Part shown: positions 26,121-34,568 of the stretch, piece by piece
Layout: every line of letters starts with the position of its first letter
Numbering within the stretch: position 1 is the stretch's first letter
Assembly: GCA_036401615.1 (NCBI GenBank)
Contig: DASWUO010000059.1
Location: 1 to 38,673 of the forward strand
DNA: 38,673 nt
Direction of reading: 5' to 3'
Origin: Bacilli bacterium
GTDB lineage: Bacteria; Bacillota; Bacilli; Paenibacillales; DASWUO01
Notes under the pieces: generated by a model
Told to the model about the DNA's origin: nothing
Databases searched by the model: none
The model's input: only the letters and a program-made list of their open reading frames with translations
Program-made: the position numbers and the translations under genes

Positions 26121-27115
26121 CTTACATCTCCCCCTTCAATGGAGCGGGCATAAATATGAGTTATGATCTCCTCCATAGGAGGATCTTCGATGGTTACATC
26201 AACAATGCGGTATTGCTTAATAATATAAGCTAACACCGCTTCAATTGTAGTTTGGGATGTGTTCACTGAGAGCTTTAGCCGGGTATCCTTTTGTTTTAAC
26301 ACTACCACCCCGGGTAATAAGAAATCCGCCGCTGCCTCTGACAATTCCAGTCTAATCGTCTTGTGGGTAAGAAAATCGCGTTTGATTGCCGTTACTTTAT
26401 CATCCAGAACCATTTGTCCATGGTTGATGACAATGGCTCGTTTACAGAGCTGTTCGATATCCCCGGGATCATGTGACGTAAGAAATATGGTGGTACCTTC
26501 TTCCCTGTTCATCTCACGGATCAATTCCCTTATCTTCTGTTTTACTACAACATCCAAACCTATGGTGGGTTCATCAAGAAATACAACTTGGGGGCGGTGC
26601 ATCAAGGCTGCAGCAATTTCACAGCGCATCCGCTCACCCAGTGAAAGCTTTCTTACAGGGGTATGCAGGTAAGGCTCCAATTCGAATCGCTGCACCAAAT
26701 CATCCCGCCGCAACAAATAATCTTGGCGTTTAATTTCATAAATCCGGCTAACCAACTCAAAGGTGTCTATCGGCGGGAGATGGTACCACATTTGTGATTT
26801 CTGGCCAAAGACCGAACCGATGTGGTAGGCTAACTTGTGGAGGTCAATCCAAGGGCAATATCCCAGGACTTCCGCATAGCCTCCTGAGGGATGAAGAATC
26901 CCTGTCAGCATCTTGATTGTAGTTGATTTACCCGCGCCGTTTGGCCCGAGAAAAGCAAGAATCTCCCCTTGGTCCACGGAGAAGTTAATCTCTTTGACAG
27001 CTTGTTTTTCTAAGTATTTGGGTTTAACGAAAGCTTGCAAACTTCCCCACAGGCCTTGCTGCTTCTGTTTTACTTGAAACGACTTGCTTAATCCTTCGAT
27101 GCGGATGGTCGACAT
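26117..27115 (-). CDS. ABC transporter ATP-binding protein
   Basis: Walker A GPNGAGKST, signature LSLGERMR, Walker B VVFLDEPT, H-loop SHD. AAGGGAG lies 8 nt upstream. Confidence 0.9.
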   Translation of the reverse strand: MSTIRIEGLSKSFQVKQKQQGLWGSLQAFVKPKYLEKQAVKEINFSVDQGEILAFLGPNGAGKSTTIKMLTGILHPSGGYAEVLGYCPWIDLHKLAYHIGSVFGQKSQMWYHLPPIDTFELVSRIYEIKRQDYLLRRDDLVQRFELEPYLHTPVRKLSLGERMRCEIAAALMHRPQVVFLDEPTIGLDVVVKQKIRELIREMNREEGTTIFLTSHDPGDIEQLCKRAIVINHGQMVLDDKVTAIKRDFLTHKTIRLELSEAAADFLLPGVVVLKQKDTRLKLSVNTSQTTIEAVLAYIIKQYRIVDVTIEDPPMEEIITHIYARSIEGGDVS

Positions 27116-27139
27116 AAAAGCAGCTCCCTTTCTTTAACC

Positions 27140-27290
27140 TGTTAAAGCAACAAAGACCCCCGGCAGGTTCGCCTTGTGGGCGGAACTTGCCAGAGGTCTT
27201 TTACTCCCTTGGTGTAACGCATAAATTATGCGTTCTGCTTCGCTTGGTTCGATCCGGTTACCCGTCGGCTCCCTAGAAGCACTTCCATCT
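27140..27290 (-). promoter_or_regulatory. Structured 5' leader with terminator-like hairpin upstream of the ABC-2 transporter (class unknown)
   Basis: The minus-strand RNA has a closing helix UGCUUC...GAAGCA, an 8-bp hairpin AACGCAUA/UAUGCGUU, and a roughly 22-bp hairpin AAAGACCUCUGGCAAGUUCCGCC-cacaa-GGCGAACCUGCCGGGGGUCUUU followed by GUUGCUUU. Confidence 0.35.
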
Positions 27291-27447
27291 AATTGCTATA
27301 TAGTAGCACGGATGCAGGCCGGAAAACAACAACTATTTTCAATATTTGAGGCGAATTTGTTTAGAAATTCTGTGATGCGTGTAAGACTTAAAAGAAGGCA
27401 TACATACGAATATTATTATAGGCTCTAAGAAAAAAAGGGGAAATAGA

Positions 27448-29514
27448 ATGAGCAAGCTAGTTTTCATGAAAAACTTATCAACCAAAATATCATCCGATTT
27501 ATCTAATCTATGGAGAAGGCCGGGAACAAAACGAAAGCTGTTAGTGAACTTATTGGTTGGCATTGTTGTTTGTTTAGCCTTATTGGCTTTGATGGTTTCC
27601 CTTTGGATCAGTACTTTAAACATTTCCAAGCTGAACAACCCTATGTCCTCTCCCACTTTTATCATGGATAAAAACGGAAAAAAAGTGTCACAATTGTCCT
27701 CCACCAAGAGTGAACCTGTACCCATCGCCAAAATCCCAAAACAGCTGCAGCATGCCATTGTTGCGGTTGAAGATCAACGATTTTTCGAACACGCCGGTGT
27801 AGACTTAAGGTCGATTGGCCGGGCTTTAGTGACCAATGCCAAATCAGGTTCTTCCCAGGGAGCAAGTACCATTACCCAACAGCTGGCCAAAAATTTGTTC
27901 CTTTCCTCCGAGCAAACGTTAAGCCGGAAACTTAAGGAGGCAGCCTACGCTCTAAAAATCGATTTAAGACATAACAAGGAAGAAATTCTTGAACTTTATT
28001 TAAATAATATTTATATGGGAGAAGGGCAATGGGGTGTTCAGGCGGCATCCAAAGTATATTTTGGCAAGAATGTGGAGGAACTTAATTTGGAAGAATCGGC
28101 CATGCTGGCGGCACTCCCGAAGGCTCCTTCCCATTATTCCCCTCTTAGGCATATGGAGGCTGCGCTGGAACGGCGAAATCTTGTTCTTTCCTTAATGATG
28201 GATCAGAAATATATTACTGTGGAGGAGTTTAAGCAAGCCGAGGCCAAGCCGATAGCCTTAAAAAAGGATGAAGGCGAACAGTTAAAAGGCCAATATGCCT
28301 CTTATGTTGACCACGTGCTGGAAGAAGCTGAGGATCTTTATGGATACACGGAAGATGAACTTCTCTCAAGCGGTCTGCTTATCTATACGGAGCTTGATCC
28401 GATAGTTCAAGAAGCCGCTGAGAAAGTATACAGCAATCCTGAGTTTTTCCCCGTTAGTAAAGATGATCAACTAATCCAAAGCGGGACCGTGATATTGGAT
28501 CATAAAAACGGCGGGATTCGTGCACTAATTGGTTATCGGGGAAAAGGTGTTTTTCGCGGATTCAATCATGCCACTCAATTAAAACGCCAGCCCGGTTCAT
28601 CCTTCAAGCCACTGATCGTGTATGGTCCGGCTTTGGAAAAAGGATATACGCCCAATTCCAAATTATATGACGGCGATCTGGACATCAATGGTTATCGTCC
28701 GGTAGATTGGGATCACCAAACCCGGGGTGAGGTCACTATGAGCGAAGCTATAAGCCAATCATGGAACATTCCCGCAGTGTGGCTGCTTAACGAGATTGGG
28801 ATTGATACCGGCATGAATTTTGCCCGAAAAGCAGGTATTCCTCTTACCAAAGAAGATCGAACTTTAGGGATTGCTCTGGGAGGACTATCCACCGGAGTTT
28901 CTCCTTTACAGATGGCTCAGGGATTCCAGACCTTCTCCAACTTAGGCGTTATGTTTAAAGCCCATGCCATTATCAAGATCACAACGCGGGACGGTAAAGT
29001 TTTAAATCAAGCAAAGCCTGTCCCGGTTCAAGTGACAAGTCCCAAGAATGCCTACACTATGACGCTGCTCTTGGAGAAAGTGGTAACCGTTGGTGTTGGA
29101 ACGAATGCTAAACTTGACCGCCCTACTGCCGGCAAAACAGGAACCACCGAACTTCCCGATACCAAAGAATTTGCCAATATCGACAGCAAAGGGGTCAAAG
29201 ATGCTTGGTTCGTGGGGTATACCCCTGAATTAACTGCAGCGGTTTGGGTAGGTTATGACGTAACAGACAGTAATCATTATTTGACAACCTCCGGGGGAAA
29301 AGTGCCTTCGGTTATATTCCGTGAAATCCTTACCCTCGCTTTGCAAAATGTGCCTCCTACGCCTTTCATCATTCCTAAAGGAATGAAGGAGGAGAAAAAG
29401 AAAGAGCGCAAGGAAGACAAAGGACGCAAAGAAGACCGTGACGACAATAACAATGAGGATGAAGGCGGTGGTGGTGATCGTAAAGGAAGAGGAAAAGGAA
29501 AGAGCGATAATTAA
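27448..29514 (+). CDS. Class A penicillin-binding protein (transglycosylase/transpeptidase)
   Basis: N-terminal TM, GT51 motif EDQRFFEHAGVD, transpeptidase motifs SSFKP, SWN and KTGTT. The C-terminus is a Lys/Glu/Asp/Gly low-complexity tail. Confidence 0.93.
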   Translation: MSKLVFMKNLSTKISSDLSNLWRRPGTKRKLLVNLLVGIVVCLALLALMVSLWISTLNISKLNNPMSSPTFIMDKNGKKVSQLSSTKSEPVPIAKIPKQLQHAIVAVEDQRFFEHAGVDLRSIGRALVTNAKSGSSQGASTITQQLAKNLFLSSEQTLSRKLKEAAYALKIDLRHNKEEILELYLNNIYMGEGQWGVQAASKVYFGKNVEELNLEESAMLAALPKAPSHYSPLRHMEAALERRNLVLSLMMDQKYITVEEFKQAEAKPIALKKDEGEQLKGQYASYVDHVLEEAEDLYGYTEDELLSSGLLIYTELDPIVQEAAEKVYSNPEFFPVSKDDQLIQSGTVILDHKNGGIRALIGYRGKGVFRGFNHATQLKRQPGSSFKPLIVYGPALEKGYTPNSKLYDGDLDINGYRPVDWDHQTRGEVTMSEAISQSWNIPAVWLLNEIGIDTGMNFARKAGIPLTKEDRTLGIALGGLSTGVSPLQMAQGFQTFSNLGVMFKAHAIIKITTRDGKVLNQAKPVPVQVTSPKNAYTMTLLLEKVVTVGVGTNAKLDRPTAGKTGTTELPDTKEFANIDSKGVKDAWFVGYTPELTAAVWVGYDVTDSNHYLTTSGGKVPSVIFREILTLALQNVPPTPFIIPKGMKEEKKKERKEDKGRKEDRDDNNNEDEGGGGDRKGRGKGKSDN

Positions 29515-29522
29515 AAAGAATA

Positions 29523-29550
29523 CCGTTAACATTAGAAATAATGTTAACGG
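29523..29550. terminator. Bidirectional hairpin between convergent PBP and MoaD-like genes
   Basis: CCGTTAACATT-agaaat-AATGTTAACGG, an 11-bp perfect stem with A/T-rich flanks. Confidence 0.65.
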
Positions 29551-29561
29551 CATTGAATATT

Positions 29562-29837
29562 TTATCCTCCTGAGACGGCTTGCAGCACATGTATCCGGTC
29601 TCCCGGTTGGAGTGTTATATCCAACCGTTCCATCTGGACGATGTTTTCGCTGTTATAATAGATTAATACGTGTTGGCGTAGATCCCCCTCCTCATTATAA
29701 AGGTGCTTACGCAACAACGGATAAGTTTCCAGCATTTTACTCAGGGCATCTTTCAGCTTTTCCGCTTCTACTGAAAATTTTACTTGTCCATTTGTACAAT
29801 CACTCAACAGGGATGGAACACTTATTTCAATATGCAT
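29562..29837 (-). CDS. MoaD/ThiS/CysO-like ubiquitin-fold sulfur-carrier protein (C-terminal GG)
   Basis: 91 aa ending VLQAVSGG. The overall pattern resembles CysO-type carriers. The ATG lies 1 nt after the upstream stop, with GGAGGA inside the upstream gene's last codons. Confidence 0.8.
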   Translation of the reverse strand: MHIEISVPSLLSDCTNGQVKFSVEAEKLKDALSKMLETYPLLRKHLYNEEGDLRQHVLIYYNSENIVQMERLDITLQPGDRIHVLQAVSGG

Positions 29838-29838
29838 T

Positions 29839-30936
29839 TCAGTCCTCCAAAATCCACATTTTCACAGAGAGAATGCGGGATAGTTGACCCGGCAAACGAC
29901 CCCAATTCTTACCTCTATCAAGGGAGTAGAACACTTCACCTGATGTGGTTCCAAAGTATAAGCCGTAGGGATCCAAGGTATCCACCGTCGCCGCATCACG
30001 TAATACATTCACATGCTGCTGTTCATTAGGAACTACATCTCCAATAGGTTCCCAGCGGTCACTGCCTTTAAGCATACCGTAAACCAATAGTTTTCCGTCA
30101 CGCATCGTGCGTTTCTCACTACTCTCAAGCGGGATTAGAAATGAATCTCCCGTATTTGAAGTACAGATGGGAAAACCAAAAGGATCATTATTAGAAACAT
30201 TCAACCCGTCTTCAATAGGAAACCAAGAATCTGCCCCATCGGTTGATTTAAAGACACCTCCATGTTCCTGCATGTAAAGAGTATTTGAATCATTCGGATC
30301 CAAGGTCATTTTGTGAATGCAATAACCTACTTCATCATAGGGTTGACCGGTTGGCACCCTCCCTAACCCTTTATTACAAGTGATCCATGTCTCCCCGCCA
30401 TCATCAGTGCGGAAAACTCCTACCGCAGACATGGCTACCCATATCCGATGCGGATTACTTGGATGAATAAGGATAGTGTGTAAACACATCCCCCCTGCCC
30501 CCGGAAACCAATTCGGACGACTGGAATGTTTCGTAAGACCCTCTAATTCCCGCCAAGTGGCTCCACGGTCTCTACTAACAAACAAACCAGCCTCTTCTAC
30601 TCCGGCATAGAGGGTATCCGGCTCGGATGAATGCCCTTTAATGATCTGCCAAATTCGGTTGAGTGAAAACCCGCTTTCTTTTGAGTAACTTGGGCCATCT
30701 TCGATTTGGGTCCAACTGCTTCCAAAGTCATCGCTTACCCGAATGGTTGGACCATAAGCAGCATGGGAAGTTCCGGCAAAAATTCTGTTTCCATGTCTGC
30801 TATCTCCTAGAACACTGTACACTTCCCAACCAGATAAATATGGACCGCTTAAATTCCAGTTTTGCCGTTCATGGTCCGAAGTATAGAAGAAAAGCCCTTT
30901 ATTTGTACCAACCAGCAACATCACACGTTTACCCAT
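29839..30936 (-). CDS. Cytoplasmic BNR/Asp-box repeat beta-propeller protein
   Basis: 365 aa with five Asp-boxes (SDDFGSSW, SRDRGATW, TDDGGETW, STDGADSW, SLDRGKNW) and no signal peptide. Confidence 0.75.
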   Translation of the reverse strand: MGKRVMLLVGTNKGLFFYTSDHERQNWNLSGPYLSGWEVYSVLGDSRHGNRIFAGTSHAAYGPTIRVSDDFGSSWTQIEDGPSYSKESGFSLNRIWQIIKGHSSEPDTLYAGVEEAGLFVSRDRGATWRELEGLTKHSSRPNWFPGAGGMCLHTILIHPSNPHRIWVAMSAVGVFRTDDGGETWITCNKGLGRVPTGQPYDEVGYCIHKMTLDPNDSNTLYMQEHGGVFKSTDGADSWFPIEDGLNVSNNDPFGFPICTSNTGDSFLIPLESSEKRTMRDGKLLVYGMLKGSDRWEPIGDVVPNEQQHVNVLRDAATVDTLDPYGLYFGTTSGEVFYSLDRGKNWGRLPGQLSRILSVKMWILED

Positions 30937-31489
30937 CTTTTTCCTCCATTAATAAAAATCTTTCAGCGTTGTATTCTAAACAGTAATTCGCCGTTCCCTA
31001 TTGTTATCCTCTTCTTACAAAAAAGAATAGTTCGACATACCATGGGGCTTAATTTTTAATTATAACATCAACTATGGCACAATGATGCCAACCTTAGGAA
31101 TTAAATTACATAATATTTGTATTTTCTCCGTGATTCGGGTAGTTATTGCAATGTTATGCTCTAATGGGGACTGATCGTTCCGCACTAATGCATGACTTGC
31201 CTTATCTCCATTATTTTTGAATAAATGAGTCAACAATATTGCATAACCAATCGTGATTATCGCAATGCTTCACCATATCTCCCCCGACCAACACTCACTG
31301 TTGTATTTTTTAAGACAAACCTCCATTTTGTTTGCTTTTAATATAAATAATATATATTAATGTTTGTGTATAGGCAATTTCGAGATCCTACTAGTCTGCA
31401 TATATTAAGTTATTGTATAGATTTTATTGAACTATCCCTTTATAATAGAGCGTGTTCATATGATTCTATGAATTATGGAAGGACTTCCA

Positions 31490-33403
31490 ATGTTCAATAA
31501 AACAAACATCTACCGTCATCTTTCTTATGCCAGTTATACCCTCTTTTTAATTTTATATTTATGGAAAATCTATCTTTTTAACCAATACACGAATGTTATT
31601 TTTATTAACACCCCCTGGTACCAGGGAACGTATGTAATCAGCTTGGGCTGCTTGATATTACTTTCCTTCTGGGTGTTTCTTCTTTCGGGAACGTTCCGGT
31701 TTCTCTCCTTAATCGGCATTAATTTGGCCGTTAGCTTTGTGATCTTTGCGGATTTATTATATTTCCGTTATTTCAAGGATTTTATCACCATTCCTGTAAT
31801 TTTACAGTCCGGACAAGTCAGTTCACTTGGGGACAGTGTTACTAACTTAATTGAAAACACGGATATATACTTTGTGGCAGATTTTGTTTTCTGGCTTCCA
31901 ATAGGAATTTTTTTATTAATCAGGTTAGGAATGAACAAACTATCTTCCTCTAATGTTCCTTCAAGAGCCAGCAGATTAAGAACAACCGCAGTGGTCTTCT
32001 GTATCGGTCTTCTTCTCACCGCCTACCCGCTGCACGTAGCTTCAACCACTTGGGCCAAGGAATTACTGCAAAGAAATTGGTGGAACATGTCAGTTTACAA
32101 TGCTACAGGGCTATTGGGTTTTCACGGTTATGATGCTTATAAATATACGGGAGAGCATTTGGTAAATAAGAATATTTCCGATGAGGATGCCGAAGAAGCT
32201 AAGATGTGGTTTGAGGAACATAGGGCAAAGCAGGTAAAGGACTTGACCTTGTTTGGGGCCGCCCAAGGGAGCAATGTCATTGTTGTACAGGCAGAGGCCT
32301 TCCAGAACTTTGCCATCGGCCGGAAGATCAATGGCGAAGAAATTACCCCTAATTTAAATGTTTTACTTAAGGAATCGATGTATTTTAATCACTTTTATCA
32401 CCAGACAGGACAAGGCCGAACCTCGGATGCCGATTTTCTAACCCATTGCTCATTGCACCCGCTGCCTACCGGTTCTGTTTTTATACGTTATCCGGATAAC
32501 ACCTATGATTGTCTCCCGCAAACCTTGAAGGACAATGGTTATCAAACCGCTGCTTTTCATGCTTATGAACCAAGCTTCTGGAATCGTTATCATGTCTATC
32601 CCAACATCGGAATAGACCGTTTCTACAGTGTCAAAGATTACAGTATTAATGAAATTATCGGTTGGTCGCTAAGCGATGAATCTTTCTTTAAACAATCCAT
32701 TGATAAAATGAACACTTTGCAGACGCCCTATTATTCTTACCTGATTACCTTGTCCAGTCATCATCCTTATAGTATTCAAGAGTATTATAAAAAATTAAAC
32801 GTGGGCAGCCTTAAAGACAAAATGCTCGGAAACTATATCCAATCTCTTCATTATGTTGACAAAGCTTTAGGAAATTTAGTAGAAAGATTAAAGGCTGACG
32901 GTCTCTGGGATACTTCCATTTTCGTATTTTACGGGGATCATGACAATGCGATTGTGGATTATAAGGGCATGGACTATTTTTACGGCAAAGAACAATCTTC
33001 ACTGGAGCGGGAGCAAGCCCGTAATCAAGTGCCGCTAATCATTCACCTGCCCCATGGTCAGGGTGCCGGCTTGTACGAGCAAGCAGCGGGGCAAATGGAT
33101 CTATCTCCTGCAATTATGCATTTATTAGGGATTCCGGCAAAAGACAAATACATCATGGGCAGCAATTTATTGCAAAATGACGGGCACAACGTGGTACTTC
33201 GTAACGGCAGCTTTACAGACAGCACGGTGTATTATATCGCTTCCCTAGACCATGTATTTGAACACGGGGAGTGTTACGACTTGAGCGATCAACAGAAAAC
33301 GAACCTGAATGCTTGCAGAAACCAATTTAATAGCGCTAACAAAGAGTTGGAGATTTCGGATCGGGTGATCCTATATAATTTAATCAAAGAGTGGAAGCCC
33401 TAA
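31490..33403 (+). CDS. ltaS: LTA synthase family protein (polyglycerolphosphate transferase, sulfatase fold)
   Basis: Five N-terminal TM helices plus an extracellular sulfatase-like domain with GQGRTSDADF (LtaS catalytic Thr block). Start set to ATG 31490 behind GGAAGGA; the track start is 31475. Confidence 0.85.
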   Translation: MFNKTNIYRHLSYASYTLFLILYLWKIYLFNQYTNVIFINTPWYQGTYVISLGCLILLSFWVFLLSGTFRFLSLIGINLAVSFVIFADLLYFRYFKDFITIPVILQSGQVSSLGDSVTNLIENTDIYFVADFVFWLPIGIFLLIRLGMNKLSSSNVPSRASRLRTTAVVFCIGLLLTAYPLHVASTTWAKELLQRNWWNMSVYNATGLLGFHGYDAYKYTGEHLVNKNISDEDAEEAKMWFEEHRAKQVKDLTLFGAAQGSNVIVVQAEAFQNFAIGRKINGEEITPNLNVLLKESMYFNHFYHQTGQGRTSDADFLTHCSLHPLPTGSVFIRYPDNTYDCLPQTLKDNGYQTAAFHAYEPSFWNRYHVYPNIGIDRFYSVKDYSINEIIGWSLSDESFFKQSIDKMNTLQTPYYSYLITLSSHHPYSIQEYYKKLNVGSLKDKMLGNYIQSLHYVDKALGNLVERLKADGLWDTSIFVFYGDHDNAIVDYKGMDYFYGKEQSSLEREQARNQVPLIIHLPHGQGAGLYEQAAGQMDLSPAIMHLLGIPAKDKYIMGSNLLQNDGHNVVLRNGSFTDSTVYYIASLDHVFEHGECYDLSDQQKTNLNACRNQFNSANKELEISDRVILYNLIKEWKP

Positions 33404-33426
33404 TTAATAAGGGGCCTCCACTCTTT
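33386..33426 (+). terminator. Hairpin overlapping the ltaS stop (weak U-tract)
   Basis: AAAGAGTGGAAGCCC-11 nt-GGGCCTCCACTCTTT (15 bp, one mismatch), followed by ATTATT. Confidence 0.45.
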
Positions 33427-33471
33427 ATTATTACCAAGTTTGATAACAGTGCGCTAACTATATGAAATAAA

Positions 33472-33801
33472 CTACTTTATATCATCGATAGAAATCTTAT
33501 ATTTCTCTGCCATTTGCCGCAAATAATATTCGACTTGGTCAAAATCACTAATCTTGGCACTAGAAATCATATAGGGTTCTTCTTTTCCTTTAACATGCAC
33601 TTCGATCGTTCTAATTATTACGACACGAAACAACTTTTTTACGGGCTCTTTGAAAAAGGCCAAACGGTCAATTTTAGTGTATTCTATCTTTTGATCTACA
33701 ACCGAATGATCAATTTTTAACACCATTTCGCCAATGTCCAGATTTACGTCCACCGCATCAGGCACAAGCAAAACCTCCTTTTCATTGGGTTTTCTCAACA
33801 T
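33472..33801 (-). CDS. Hypothetical protein, 109 aa
   Basis: Intact ORF in a gene-sized gap, soluble, with no recognisable motif. Confidence 0.45.
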   Translation of the reverse strand: MLRKPNEKEVLLVPDAVDVNLDIGEMVLKIDHSVVDQKIEYTKIDRLAFFKEPVKKLFRVVIIRTIEVHVKGKEEPYMISSAKISDFDQVEYYLRQMAEKYKISIDDIK

Positions 33802-33910
33802 AATCAGCGTCTAATATTAAATATATGGGTTGTAGGTTGTTTTAATGTCGTCTATTATTGAGATTGAGGAATACACATGAAATAATATCGTTTGATATAT
33901 AGAAAGGTGT

Positions 33911-34270
33911 GTGTGTCTGGTGGTAAATGATAAGGGAAAGTCATCAACTGGCTTAGATGGGAATGTTGCTGGTCTGCTAAGTTATGCTTTGGGTTTGTTT
34001 ACAGGAATATTATTTTTGGTATTGGAGAAAAACAGCCGGTTCGTTAAATTTCACGCGATGCAATCCATCCTGATTTCTGCAGTTTTAATAATAATCAACA
34101 TGATACTTGGGTTTATTCCTATCATTGGCTGGATACTGGGTGTTTTCATTACACCGGTTATTTTTATTCTATGGCTGTTTTTAATGTATCAGGCCTATCA
34201 GGGCAAATGGTTTAAACTGCCGATCATTGGGGATGTAGCGGAGAAGCAGGCGGGGATTATGTTCAAATAG
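33911..34270 (+). CDS. DUF4870-like small membrane protein
   Basis: GNVAGLLSYALGLFTGILFLVLEKNSRFVKFHAMQS plus further TM helices fits the DUF4870 pattern. GTG start; GTG 33920 is an alternative. Confidence 0.6.
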   Translation: MCLVVNDKGKSSTGLDGNVAGLLSYALGLFTGILFLVLEKNSRFVKFHAMQSILISAVLIIINMILGFIPIIGWILGVFITPVIFILWLFLMYQAYQGKWFKLPIIGDVAEKQAGIMFK

Positions 34271-34295
34271 GCAGCCATCCTAATGAAGCAATCTA

Positions 34296-34331
34296 AAGAT
34301 GCTCTTTCCTGTATTCGGCAAAGAGCATCTT
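34296..34331. terminator. Hairpin between convergent DUF4870 gene and corA remnant
   Basis: AAGATGCTCTTT-12 nt-AAAGAGCATCTT, a 12-bp perfect stem. Confidence 0.55.
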
Positions 34332-34349
34332 ATTCTCATGATTCACATT

Positions 34350-34535
34350 TCATTTCTTACCCTTCAGCAAGTCTTCAGTCCAGCCTTTTTTCCGTAGATA
34401 TAAATAAATAATTAACATGGATAGACCTATCCATCCAAGGGCTAATCCATACCCCCACAGCCATTCAATTTCAGGCATATGTTTGAAATTCATCCCCCAT
34501 ATTAGATTACCCAAGCGGGGGAAGGTTTGAAACAT
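34350..34535 (-). pseudogene. corA: 3' remnant of a CorA-family Mg/Co transporter gene (last ~60 codons only)
   Basis: LIWGMNFKHMPEIEWLWGYGLALGWIGLSMLIIYLYLRKKGW is the GMN motif plus TM2 of CorA. The roughly 250-aa cytoplasmic domain and most of TM1 are absent, and the upstream gene stops 33 nt away. Confidence 0.6.
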
Positions 34536-34568
34536 GCTTGATTTTTAACCGGCTATTGAAATCCCTCT

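Noticed and set aside
27246-27255. GGTTCGATCC, a tRNA T-loop-like decamer on the plus strand
   Set aside because: The flanking bases cannot form a T-stem, and I could not build an acceptor or anticodon arm. It is part of the ABC-2 leader on the other strand, not a tRNA.
27140-27290. Assigning the ABC-2 leader to the ykkC (guanidine-I/ppGpp/PRPP) riboswitch family
   Set aside because: Only two short blocks resemble the consensus as I remember it, and the central conserved GGUCCGAGAG segment is not matched. I kept it as an unclassified structured leader pending cmscan.
27339-27758. 139-aa ORF on the minus strand spanning the PBP start
   Set aside because: It overlaps the well-supported PBP N-terminus and promoter region and has no motifs or SD.
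29230-29887. Track ORFs 29230-29553 (-), 29375-29590 (-) and 29438-29887 (+)
   Set aside because: These are artefacts of the low-complexity Lys/Glu/Asp-coding tail of the PBP gene and of the MoaD-like gene's opposite strand.
31211-31276. A 20-21 codon Cys/His-containing frame (M)VKHCDNHDWLCNIVDSFIQK behind GGGGGAG, in the 540-bp spacer between the BNR and ltaS genes
   Set aside because: The SD-to-start spacing is poor for the ATG (2 nt) and only marginal for the GTG. There is no supporting context, and it overlaps an imperfect inverted repeat (TTGCATAA...TTATCGCAA) that could equally be an operator.
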